Assembly (NCBI GenBank): GCA_965644315.1
Contig: CBFFRQ010000042.1
Span: 496,001-560,000 of the forward strand
Direction: 5' to 3'
Source: Caecitellus pseudoparvulus
Lineage: Eukaryota > Protista > Bigyra: Bicosoecida
Length of the DNA: 64,000 bases
The notes beneath the pieces were generated by a model. That model was not told the origin of the DNA and did no database searches. It worked only from the letters and a program-made list of their open reading frames with translations. This document shows, piece after piece, positions 23,366 through 33,015 of this stretch (position 1 is the first letter of the stretch; every line of letters starts with the position of its first letter). The position numbers and the translations under genes were made by a program.

Positions 23366-26300
23366 ATGGCAGGGGCATTTCCTGAGGCTGCATTGTTTGA
23401 AGAAGCAGCAACATGGTGGTGCGTCCCGCACAGTCTCGCTGTACACCTCCCTGTCTCCCAGCACGCCAACACCTACCCCGCCGACTCCTTCCCCCCCCTG
23501 CGCAGGGACAAGACGTTTACCAGAAACCAAGGGACGGTAACATCCTCGCATTTCCTCACTAAGTTCAAGGTGGGTCCTGCTCCCCTTTAAGTTCTCCTGA
23601 GCGTCGTGCGGCGCATGCCTTCGTCCGCTGCCTGGTGCCGCAGCTGCAATACTGCGCTGTGGAGGGCGTGGAGGGCCAGCAGCACAGCGACGATGTCGTC
23701 AGATTCACAATGTTCAGGACCCCTGATGCGTCTGAGGTGAACCGAAGGGAGTTCACTGACTGGGCATGCAGGTTTGGTGGTCTACAAGGCGGCCAAGCAT
23801 ACGGCTGTGCCCTGGCTCTGTTCGAGCCAGTGCCTGACACCCGCGCGGTCGTCATCGCACCGTGGTACCACCACACCATGGGACGCAGCCAAGCCAACGA
23901 GGTGCGCATGAAGTGTGCCGCCCCTGCCCTGTCAGCCTGTGACGCCCTGTGCCCCATTTCGCAGAAGCTGACATCAGACGACAAGGCACCAACCGGAATG
24001 GGGCTGTCTGGCACCTTCCTCATTCGCGTCGGCCGCAACTCCACCCGCTTTGCCCTCTCACACATCGCTGCCACTGGGGCGCACGGGGGTGTTGCGACTG
24101 GCGTGCCGCGCCATAGCGAGCTGTTCTTCGTGCCTGGCCGAGGCTACAGTCTCGCCAGCAACCCAGACCCCAGCCTGATTCTGTTTCGATCAGTCAAGCG
24201 CGCCCTGGAAGTGAACAGCGTGCTGAATAAGTTCCCTCCGTCTGATGCACATGCTCAGAGCTGGGCTGAGATTCAGCGCACCCTGCAGGCCACCAGCCTG
24301 TCCCATACTTCGTCCACAATGAGCGACGAGCCAGGCGTGGACATGGGCGCCCCCTCAACCATGTACATGCCCTTTGACCCCACACCAGGTGGGCATGGAT
24401 TCGACTTGGAGGGGCCCAGGCACAGTGACTTCTCTGGCTCTGGCACTGGTGACGATGGGCCACCTGCCGGCGGCAAGAGCAGTGCTGCAGCAGCTGAAGC
24501 TGCTCCTCTTGTGAATCCGTACGTGGCCTTTTGTGGTGGGCTCTTCATTGCTCGTGGCGTTGAAATCGAAGTCGAGAAAAAAGATGCATCTGTGCTGCAG
24601 GCTGTGCAGGGCGGGGCAGTCAGCAGTGTTCAAGCGTGCTTGGGTGACCCCGGACACCATGACTGCAACATCCTTACTCCCCGGGAGCCCAGCCAGCAGC
24701 ACCCCCCCGCCGCTGCTAGCGAGCCATCGGCATATTCAGTTGAACATGTGCCCCAGTTCCCGGGGCTTGGCCAAGCGCGTGGCAACTCTCAGCAGGCCAA
24801 GTCTGATCCTCAGTTCCAGCCAGCTCAATCCGAGGAGTGTGAATGGGAGCCGGGTGCGGTACACCCTCATACACATGGAGCCCAAGCTGGAGGCGGTGGA
24901 TATGGTGATATGCCTGGCATGGCTGGCGGCAGCAGCGACGGCGGCGGCATGCACAGTGGCGGTGTCTACAGCTCACTGCACAGCAGTGGCGGCGTTGGGA
25001 GTGGCCCCAGTGGCCAGGGCGGCAACCCGTACGGTTCGCTGGACAGCAGTGGCGGCGTTGGGAGTGGCCCCAGTGGCCAGGGCGGCAACCCGTACGGCTC
25101 ACTGCACAGCAGTGGCGGCGTTGGGAGTGGCCCCAGTGGCCAGGGCGGCAACCCGTACGGCTCACTGGACAGCAGTGGCGGCGTTGGCAGTGGCCCCAGT
25201 GGCCAGGGCGGCAACCCGTACGGCTCGCTGCACAGCAGTGGCGGCGTTGGCAGTGGCCCCAGTGGCCAGGGCGGCAACCCGTACGGCTCACTGGACAGCA
25301 GTGGCGGCGTTGGCAGTGGCCCCAGTGGCCAGGGCGGCAACCCGTACGGCTCACTGGACAGTAGTGGCGGCGTTGGCAGTGGCCCCAGTGGCCAGGGCGG
25401 CAACCCCTACGGCTCGCTGCACAGCAGTGGCGGCGTTGGCAGTGGCCCCAGTGGCCAGGGCGGCAACCCGTACGGCTCGCTGCACAGCAGTGGCGGCGTT
25501 GGCAGTGGCCCCAGTGGCCAGGGCGGCAACCCCTACCAAAGCCCTGTCGAGGGACACAGTTTGGCAGGAATGGCCTCAGGTTTGCAGCGACAGTGTGCCG
25601 CAGCTGCCAGTGGGACTGCCGAGGGTGACTCCCTCGGAGTTCCTCCACCTCCAGCCGGTTTGCCAGATGGCCCCAGTTTTGTTCTGGCAGATAGCACCAC
25701 GTGTGCAGATGCAGGGTCTGCCGAGCCATCACACTCGTCAGGGCAGCTCTGGGAGCAGCTGTTGTGCAGCAGGGATACTGCTTTCTCAGACGTTTGGGCG
25801 AGACTTGAGCTTGCGCGAGACTTTGCAGGACGGCATTTGACGCTCCTGTGCAGTGCTGCGCTGCAGATGACGGGCTGTGCCAGTGTATCCCCCGATGGCT
25901 GGCAGCTTGCCTGGCACCGATCGTACCGCGACATCTCGAGCGCACTGGACGCCATCCCCAAAACAGCAGAGAATGCGAACGCTATTTGTGTGCATTCAAT
26001 CGCCGCTGGGATTCTCGCTTGCAAGGAGCATGAAGAAGACTCGGGCGCGCAGGCAGGCAGCCCTGCCGGACGCAAGCTCTTCAACGCAGCCCTCATGTTG
26101 AACAAAGCCCTGCGCTTTGAACAGATTCTCAGCACAAGCAAGCAGCATGTGAAAGGCGTGTCCCTCCTCCTCATGTGCAGCGCACTGAACAGGTTTGTGC
26201 AAGCAGCGATGAATGGGGCCACGCAGTTCTACGAACGCCCCAGCGACGAACAGTGCCGCCAAACCGCACAAGCCAACGCCGAGCTCGCTTTCAAAGTCTC

Positions 26301-26454
26301 AGCTAAGCTGTCTCAAGTGTGGAAAGAAGTTGACACTGCCGGGCCCTGGGAGTCAGCGGGCTTGGCAAGTGAGGTGGCGGCAGCAATGGAACCTGTTGAC
26401 GTGCTGGTGCAAAACGCCCACGTTTCCTTGGACTATGTGAGCCCCAAGAAGTGA
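23366..26454 (+). CDS. SH2-domain protein with N-terminal EF-hand-like (Cbl/STAT-linker-like) region, central Tyr-motif tandem repeats and helical C-terminal domain
   Basis: Removing introns 23419..23505, 23570..23643 and 23902..23964 gives PWYHHTMGRSQANE-KL...GTFLIRVGRNSTRFALSH, an SH2 signature with both Arg residues. Upstream: AATWWDKTF...F...VNRREFTDWACRFG. Confidence 0.75.
24967..25536 (+). repeat. Nine tandem 63-bp coding repeats, Y[G/S]SL[H/D]SSGGVGSGPSGQGGNP
   Basis: Unit TACGGCTC(A/G)CTG(C/G)ACAGCAGTGGCGGCGTTGG(G/C)AGTGGCCCCAGTGGCCAGGGCGGCAACCC(G/C) repeats from 24967 to 25533 and is followed by a tenth TAC. Confidence 0.97.
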
Positions 26455-26480
26455 TGTGTGGACACCAAATGCACCGCGGC

Positions 26481-27818
26481 TCACTGCCCACGGCGGCGCT
26501 TTGCCCCCCCCACAGTCCCGCCCGCTTGTTCACATCCGCTTTCTGGCTCCTCGCCCGTCGGTGTCGATTCTGGGTCTGACTCGATTCGATACCTTGGCAC
26601 AGACAGCTCCATAGTGCCATCAACACTCCACTTTATGTCGTACGTTCCATCTGCGTTCGCCCTCGCGATGACCCCGCCCCAAAAGTCACCCGTGCCCAGC
26701 CAGTCTGCAATCACCGCTTGCCCGACGACGAGCGGTGGCCCCTGCCCGGAAAGGGGCTGCCCCACCATGCCGTGAACATCAGCAAGCAAGAGGCGCTGCT
26801 CGACTGCCGAGGGAGGCTGACCAGTCGGCCAGTACGGAACAGCGATAGGCTTGTGCTGGGCTGAGGACTTGGCAGTCCCCACTGCCGTGGACGGCACCCA
26901 CTGCAGCTCCCCCGGAAACAGTGCAAAGTGCACCCTGCGATGCTGCGGGTCAGCGAACATTTTCCGCTGCAGGGCATCCGCTACGAGGAGGATGCCGAGC
27001 CATGGCCCGGTGGCCAGCGTGTCTTGCACGCGGAACTCGTGCGACACCTTCCGCCTCCCACGCTTGCCGTTGGGCCAGCCACTGAGGTCAAACCACCAGC
27101 CCTTGTAACGGGAGGATGTGCAATGCCGCACGCACATGTACGTGTGGTGGTGGCATGGCGAGGTGTCGGTCAGCTTGGGCGGGAGCCACTCGTGCGGCAG
27201 GTCTGAGGGGCGCAGGGGGGAGCGCGTGAACCACTGCCCCAGCTGGTCGTGGAACGTGAGGTTGGAAGAGACCCAAGCGCACACTGGCTCCTGAGTCCAA
27301 ATGGCCTGGATGTCCTTGGCTGACGACGGCGCCGCGGGGCGGTAGTTCATGGTGGTTGCCGGCAGGTCCATGCCCACCTCGCCTGCGATGAACAGCGCCT
27401 CGCCGTCCACTTCGTTCCAGGTGAAGCCGCTGGCCGCCAGCAATGCCTCTGAAGCTGCGCACACGCCACGGGGCAGTGGAACACCCCGGTGCGTGCTGTC
27501 TGCGACACTGCCTCCCTGCAGCACAGCTGCTGCGAAAGCCTGAGATGAGCCCGCGGCAGCCGGGAAGGGAGCAGCGGAGAACCCGCCCGCTGCAGAGGCA
27601 GGCTCGCACAGCGCAGAAAAGTTATGAATGCTGAGGTTGGAGTGGATGGGTTCCAGGCCCACGTCAACCCCTGCGTTGAACTGCATGCCGCCAAGCTGCA
27701 CCGGCTCGCACAGCGCAGCCAGGGCAGCCTCCAGCTCCTGTGCGTGGCGAGCTTGAAGGTTCTTCAGCTCCGCAAGCTGGCGTCGCTGCAGTTCCTTGAT
27801 ATGTTCAATACCAGCCAT
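26481..27818 (-). CDS. Hypothetical protein with C-terminal Tudor-like domain and possible PWWP-like segment
   Basis: VGQAVIADWLGTGDFWGGVIARANADGTYDIKW..DG is Tudor-like; GPWLGIL...HFALFPGELQWVP is PWWP-like; N-terminal coiled coil; terminal AKRRR NLS. Start uncertain because of an upstream acceptor near 27955. Confidence 0.55.
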   Translation of the reverse strand: MAGIEHIKELQRRQLAELKNLQARHAQELEAALAALCEPVQLGGMQFNAGVDVGLEPIHSNLSIHNFSALCEPASAAGGFSAAPFPAAAGSSQAFAAAVLQGGSVADSTHRGVPLPRGVCAASEALLAASGFTWNEVDGEALFIAGEVGMDLPATTMNYRPAAPSSAKDIQAIWTQEPVCAWVSSNLTFHDQLGQWFTRSPLRPSDLPHEWLPPKLTDTSPCHHHTYMCVRHCTSSRYKGWWFDLSGWPNGKRGRRKVSHEFRVQDTLATGPWLGILLVADALQRKMFADPQHRRVHFALFPGELQWVPSTAVGTAKSSAQHKPIAVPYWPTGQPPSAVEQRLLLADVHGMVGQPLSGQGPPLVVGQAVIADWLGTGDFWGGVIARANADGTYDIKWSVDGTMELSVPRYRIESDPESTPTGEEPESGCEQAGGTVGGAKRRRGQ

Positions 27819-28111
27819 TCCTGAAGATGATCCCCCGGGCAGCGGACCGACAGAGAGAGCGCTGCTGCCAGCTGCAGCGCCTGGTGAAACGCAGGTGAAA
27901 CGGCAACGTGAGCCAGGGGGTGGGTATCTGCGGGGAGCCCTGCAACGTGTGACCTGCAGAGGGCAAAGTATTTCAAATCTTATACTGTTCAATGCCAGGC
28001 TGGTACAATGGTACCTGTCACTCTCACATGTTGCACTTCAGCCTGCTTCTTGCGGGAGCATCGCTCGCAAGTCACGGCTGCACTGCAGGTTGAAAGCGCA
28101 CGCGCTTGGAG

Positions 28112-28724
28112 ATGGAGGACACCACATCCAGCCTGAGGGCCTTCTCTGAGGACCCTGACGTCCCTGATATTCACCCAGGCATCGTCTTGGGGGGACACAT
28201 TGTCTTGAAGTTCGCACAAGGTGTGTCTCGCTCGCAGAACCTCGCCACCGCCCTGTGCACTTGATGCTGGCCCGCCCACAGTGGCGAGTGGCTTGGCAGT
28301 GCTTGCAGCACCAGTCCTTCACCGCCGAGTTCCGAAGCCCGAGATGTTCGCCCGCTGCTCGCGGAGCATTCTGTGGAGCAGCCTGCTGGGGACGGGAGTC
28401 GGCACTGCAGTTGCAGCAGAGAGACTGCACTCCCTGCCAGCTGATGGCGTGGCAGACCGTGCATACAGGCTTTGGTTCAACGCAGGTCAATCCCGTGTCG
28501 ATCGATCCAGTGCAGTGGGTGCTGCCGTGGGTGGCACGTCCATCATGCTGTGGGTGGCTGGGCAGGGCACGGGGGGGGTGGCGCTTCTGCCCCCTGCTGC
28601 AGTGGCCATGGGTTTCGGACTGGGAACAGTAGCGGGGGTCGGTATGGAGGTGGCAACCGCCGCCGTGCAGCGCTTCAGCGGGCGTGCAGAGGAGCTGGGA
28701 GCCAACTCTGACAGCGAGCGGTGA
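28112..28724 (+). CDS. Small membrane protein, DUF1757-like (2 exons)
   Basis: Exon 1 MEDTT...PDIHPGIVLGGHIVLKFAQ is spliced to VASGLAV...; DRAYRLWFNAGQSRVDR motif; Gly-rich hydrophobic helices. Confidence 0.6.
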
Positions 28725-28917
28725 GAGGGGGGGGGCGCTTCGAAGGGTGACATACGCGAGGTACATAGCAATACAGTCCCTCACGATATCGCATTCCTCC
28801 CCAGATGTCTCCCTGCCGCGACGCACCTCCCAGTGCGGGTTTGAGCGCCCACCTACTTGCGTTCGCCTGCAACAAGCACACGGCGTGCCTCCCGCTCAGC
28901 AGCTCCAGAGCTGCACC

Positions 28918-29656
28918 ATGTCCACGACGCGCCCATTTGTGTGCGATGATCTGCTGGCGTTCAACAGTGTGAACTTGGACGTCCTCACCGAGACGGTGCG
29001 CCCCGTTGGGCAGCTCGCCACCAGCACACTGCGCAGCTTGACACCCCTTCGTCGCCATCACCCGCAGTACAACATGAACTTCTATGGCGAGTACCTGTCC
29101 AAGTGGCCAGACATGTTCACGTATCAGGAATCACCTGGACAGCGACCCATCAGTTACAGTGCGTGTGCGAGCGAAGGCATTTGCAGCCCCGTGGTGCATT
29201 GAAACGCCGCTGAAACGCGCAGTTCTTGGGAAAGCTGAAGGCACAGACAAGCTGTGGCACGGCCATGTCTCAGCAGTGACAGTGAGCCCTGAGTATCGGC
29301 GCATAGGCGTCGCCAGGCGGCTGATGGATGGGCTCGAAAGAGTGTCTCGGGACATGTGTGTGTTGCAAAGCTGGTCGTGTCAGGTGCTCGCTTCACGTGC
29401 CTGCCCATGCCTTGTTTCCATGCACAGCTGCAACGCATACTTCGTGGACTTGTTCGTGAGGGTCACGAATACGCTGGCTATTGACATGTACAAACGCTTC
29501 GGCTACACAGTGTACCGCCGAGTGCTGGGCTACTACGGCGGCAAGGAGGATGCGTTCGACATGCGCAAAGCGCTGCCGCGAGACGAGGCGGGCGAGAGCA
29601 CAGTGCCGCTGGCCGAGCCGGTGCGGCCTGACCAGCTGGAGAAATGGACCCAATGA
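28918..29656 (+). CDS. NAA20: N-alpha-acetyltransferase 20, NatB catalytic subunit (4 exons)
   Basis: MSTTRPFVCDDLLAFNSVNLDVLTET|YNMNFYGEYLSKWP, LGKAEG..WHGHVSAVTVSPEYRRIG, YFVDLFVRVTN and YRRVLGYY..EDAFDMRKAL. Confidence 0.95.
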
Positions 29657-29685
29657 CGTGCCACTCAAATGCATGCCGCAGTGCA

Positions 29686-32653
29686 TTACTCCTTTCCCTC
29701 AACTGCGCTGGCCTCCTTGCCCTCTGCCTTGCCCTCTGCCTCCTCCGCCGCCCGCGCCGCGGCCAAGTCCTCTTCCCACGTCCCGAAGTCGCAAGGGGCG
29801 GCCATGCGGGGGTCACTGGGTTGCATGGAGAACTGCTGTGCCCACCTGGCACTGGCGGCCCCCGTGGTCACCTGCTGCGACACGCCCATGTCACGGCGGA
29901 TGGCCTCCGCGTCAGCTTGGTACTTGGCCAACTCAGACTCCGACAGGGACGCACGAGCTGACAGGTTAAAGGCCACTTCGAAGCAGTCTGGGGTGATGGC
30001 CCACATGGCTGCCTCCTCCCCGCGCAGCTTGGCTGCGACCCTGCGCCGGACAGAGATCTGCACCGCCTCCTGCACCAAGAACTGGATGTCGGCGCCTGAC
30101 ATGCGCTTGTCGCTGCACGCCTGGGCCAGGGCCTCCTGGTCCAAGGCGGGGTCCACGGGCATCTTGCGCAGCTTGGAAGCCAGGATGGAGCGCACCGCAG
30201 GGGGGTCCGGCAGGGGGATGTAGATGAACTGGTCCAGGCGGCCAGGGCGCAGGACTGCCTTGTCCACGCTGCCGATGTTGTTGGTGGCGCCGATGACGAA
30301 GACGTTCTTGCGCTCGCCGACGCCGTCCATCTCGGCCAGCAACTGGTTCACGATGCGGTCTGAGATGCCTGGCCCCCCAGTGGTGCTGCCGCGGGCCACG
30401 GCGATGGAGTCGATTTCGTCGAAGAACAGCACACACGGTGCAGAGCCGCGGGCCTTGTTGAAAATCTCCCGCACATTGCCCTCTGACTCGCCAAACCACT
30501 TGGACAGGAGCTGCGGCCCCTTGATGGAGATGAAGTTGGCGCTGCACTCGTTGGCGATGGCCTTGGCCAGCATAGTCTTCCCGCAGCCTGGAGGCCCGTA
30601 CAGCAGCGCGCCCTTGGGCGGCACGGTGCCCATGTCCTCGAACAAGGCAGCGTACTTGACGGGGAACTCGATCATTTCCTTAAGCTCCTGCTTGACGTCC
30701 TCCAGACCACCGATGTCCTCAAACTTGACGTCCGGCACCTGCACCACCACGTCTCGCATGGCGCTGGGTGTGATGCGCTTCATGCCACTGGTGAAGTCGG
30801 ACATGAGCACCTCCAGGCTGGCGTACACGCTGGCGTCCACCATGTCAGCTTCCGTGTCCAGGAGACCCCCTGCCTGACGCCGAGCGCAGGAGAAGCCAGC
30901 GTTGGTGCACAGGGACTTGATGTCGGCACCCACGTACCCATGCGTCTCCTGCGCCAACAGGTCCAAGTTCACTGCGTCGTCGTTGTCCGGGTGGCCAGGG
31001 CCCTTCTCGGGGTCGTACAGCTTCACCTTCATGCCGCCATTCACCACCATGATGTCCAGGATCTCGCGCCGGGCGGCACGGGAAGGCACTGGGATGAGGA
31101 TCTCAGTGTCAAAGCGCCCAGCCCGGCGCAGGGCAGGGTCCAGGGAGTTGGGGCGGTTGGTGGCAGCGATGACCATGACGTGCTCGTCCCCCTTCAGGCC
31201 GTCCATCTCCGTGAGCAGCGTCGCCACTGCACGCTGCAGGACTGGGTCCTGGGTTTCTTCCCGGTTCACGCCAATGGCGTCAATCTCGTCGATGAACAGG
31301 ATGCCAGGGGAGTTCTCCCGCACACGCTTGAAGGCTTGCCGGATGTTCTCCTCCACCTGCGGCCCTGCAGCCATGAAGTCTGCGCCAGTGGTCTGGAAGA
31401 AGAAGGCGCCTACCTCATTGGACACCGCCCGCGCGATGAGGGTCTTGCCCGTGCCAGGCGGGCCATGCATGAGGACTCCCTTGGGGGCCTTCACACCAAT
31501 GGTGGAGAAGAGCTTGGGGTGCCGGATGGGCAGCTCCACTTGCTCCCGGATAGTCACCAGCTGCTCACTCAGGCCGCCCACCTCCGCGTAGCCGGTTTCG
31601 GTGATTTCCTTCTCCACGTCGCTTTTGGGGATGGGGGCGTCCTCCACCTGCACCTCGCACCGAGTGCCAACCGGCTCAGTGGCTGCTGCGGCAACCAGGC
31701 CCCAGTCGTCCCCCACTGCCAGAGCTGCGGCCCCCTCCCCAGATGCGGCTTGGCCACCTCGGTTGCCCGCCTCGGGTCCATGTCCAGGCACGAACTGAAT
31801 CTCCGTCACGCGGAACCAGAGGACGCGGTGGGCACCGGGGATGCGCAGGAGGTCGTTCACTCGCACTGCCCGGGCTGTGGGGTACCCCTCGAAGTAGGGC
31901 TTGGTGAAGAGGGTGTGCAGGTCCCCCGTGAGCCCCTCCAGGGCGATGTCCTCCAGGGCTGCAAGGCGCACAGACGCCAGCTTGGGGCGGATGTCCACCT
32001 TCGTCACCGTCATGCGATCCTGCATCTTCTCCATGATCAGCTCCTCCTTGGTCTTGCGCCCGCCCAAGGCGATAGACATCTTCGAGTCCTTCAGCGTCAC
32101 GGGGAACTTCAGGCGCAGGTTTCGGCGAATGGTCTCATTCACACCGACGCTGCCTGGCTGCAGTGCTGGCTGTGACACCACATTCGCATAAAACCTCCGG
32201 CGCAACTTGCCGCGCAGCTGGGAAGGAGGGGGAGCAGGAGCGTGCACTTGCTGAGTGGGAGCCAGGCAGGACGTGGCCGGGCGCCCTTGCAATGCGCACC
32301 TGGACCAGGTCACCCTCAAACAACTGCAAACAGAGTGCGAGGTGGGGAGTGCTGTCGAGCTCGTGTGCACGCGCATGGCACAAGCGCCTGAAAACAGTTT
32401 GGCGTGGTGGACAGTGCGGAAACGCAAAGCGCAGGCACGTACGTTCAGCGCTGCGAGGTCGTCAGGGTGCATCTCCAGCATGTTGTTGTCGATGGCAATG
32501 TCGACAGGGCGCTGGACGATGAATCTGGGGGGGAGCTTCACCCTGTGCGAGAGTGGCGGGCAGGAAGTCGTGAAGCAGGGTGTGGCAACCACTGAGCTGA
32601 AGCTGTGTGCCTCACCCCGCCAGCTCATCTACTGGTGTTGCGGCCGCTGCCAT
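29686..32653 (-). CDS. CDC48/p97-like type II AAA+ ATPase, divergent (4 exons)
   Basis: D1: GYAEVGG, GPPGTGKT, LFIDEID, ATNRPNSLDPALRRAGRFD. D2: DIGGLEDVK, GPPGCGKT, KGPQLLSKWFGESE, FFDEID, LRPGRLDQ. N-domain remnants (LFEGDLVQ|LRGKLRR, NETIRRNLR). Confidence 0.88.
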
Positions 32654-33015
32654 TGTGCCACGGCGTGCACGTGCTCTGAGAGACCACTTTCCTGCGTGAT
32701 CTTGAGGTTGCGCCCTGCTGGTAGGTACAGTTGAGTTTGTTTGCCGTGTGCTTTGGCGGGCTGCGGCATTTTGCTTTGGCGCTGGCGCTTACGGCAGAGC
32801 TGCCAGCGGCCTGGGGTGCGTCACCCCTCGCCCCACTGCACCACAATTAATTTACAGGCCATTCGCCAGGATCCCACTTTCCGCTGCTGACCCGCCTCCC
32901 ACTTCAGGAATCCACACCAGAACTCCGTGTGCTGCAGCGGAATTTGGGCACGAACCACACCGCTGAGTGCGGGCGCACCCCCTGGTCAGACCAGGCAGTT
33001 CCCAGGCAGCACGCC

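Noticed and set aside
24967-25536. Regular repeat array as a possible CRISPR array
   Set aside because: The units are contiguous with no unique spacers, lie in frame in a eukaryotic gene, and no cas genes are present.
24533-25945. Overlapping 435-aa (+) and 409-aa (-) repeat ORFs (AVAPVARAAT / GHWGHCQRRHCC)
   Set aside because: They are shadows of a stop-free repeat; unit variation is mostly synonymous in the YGSL frame, not in these frames.
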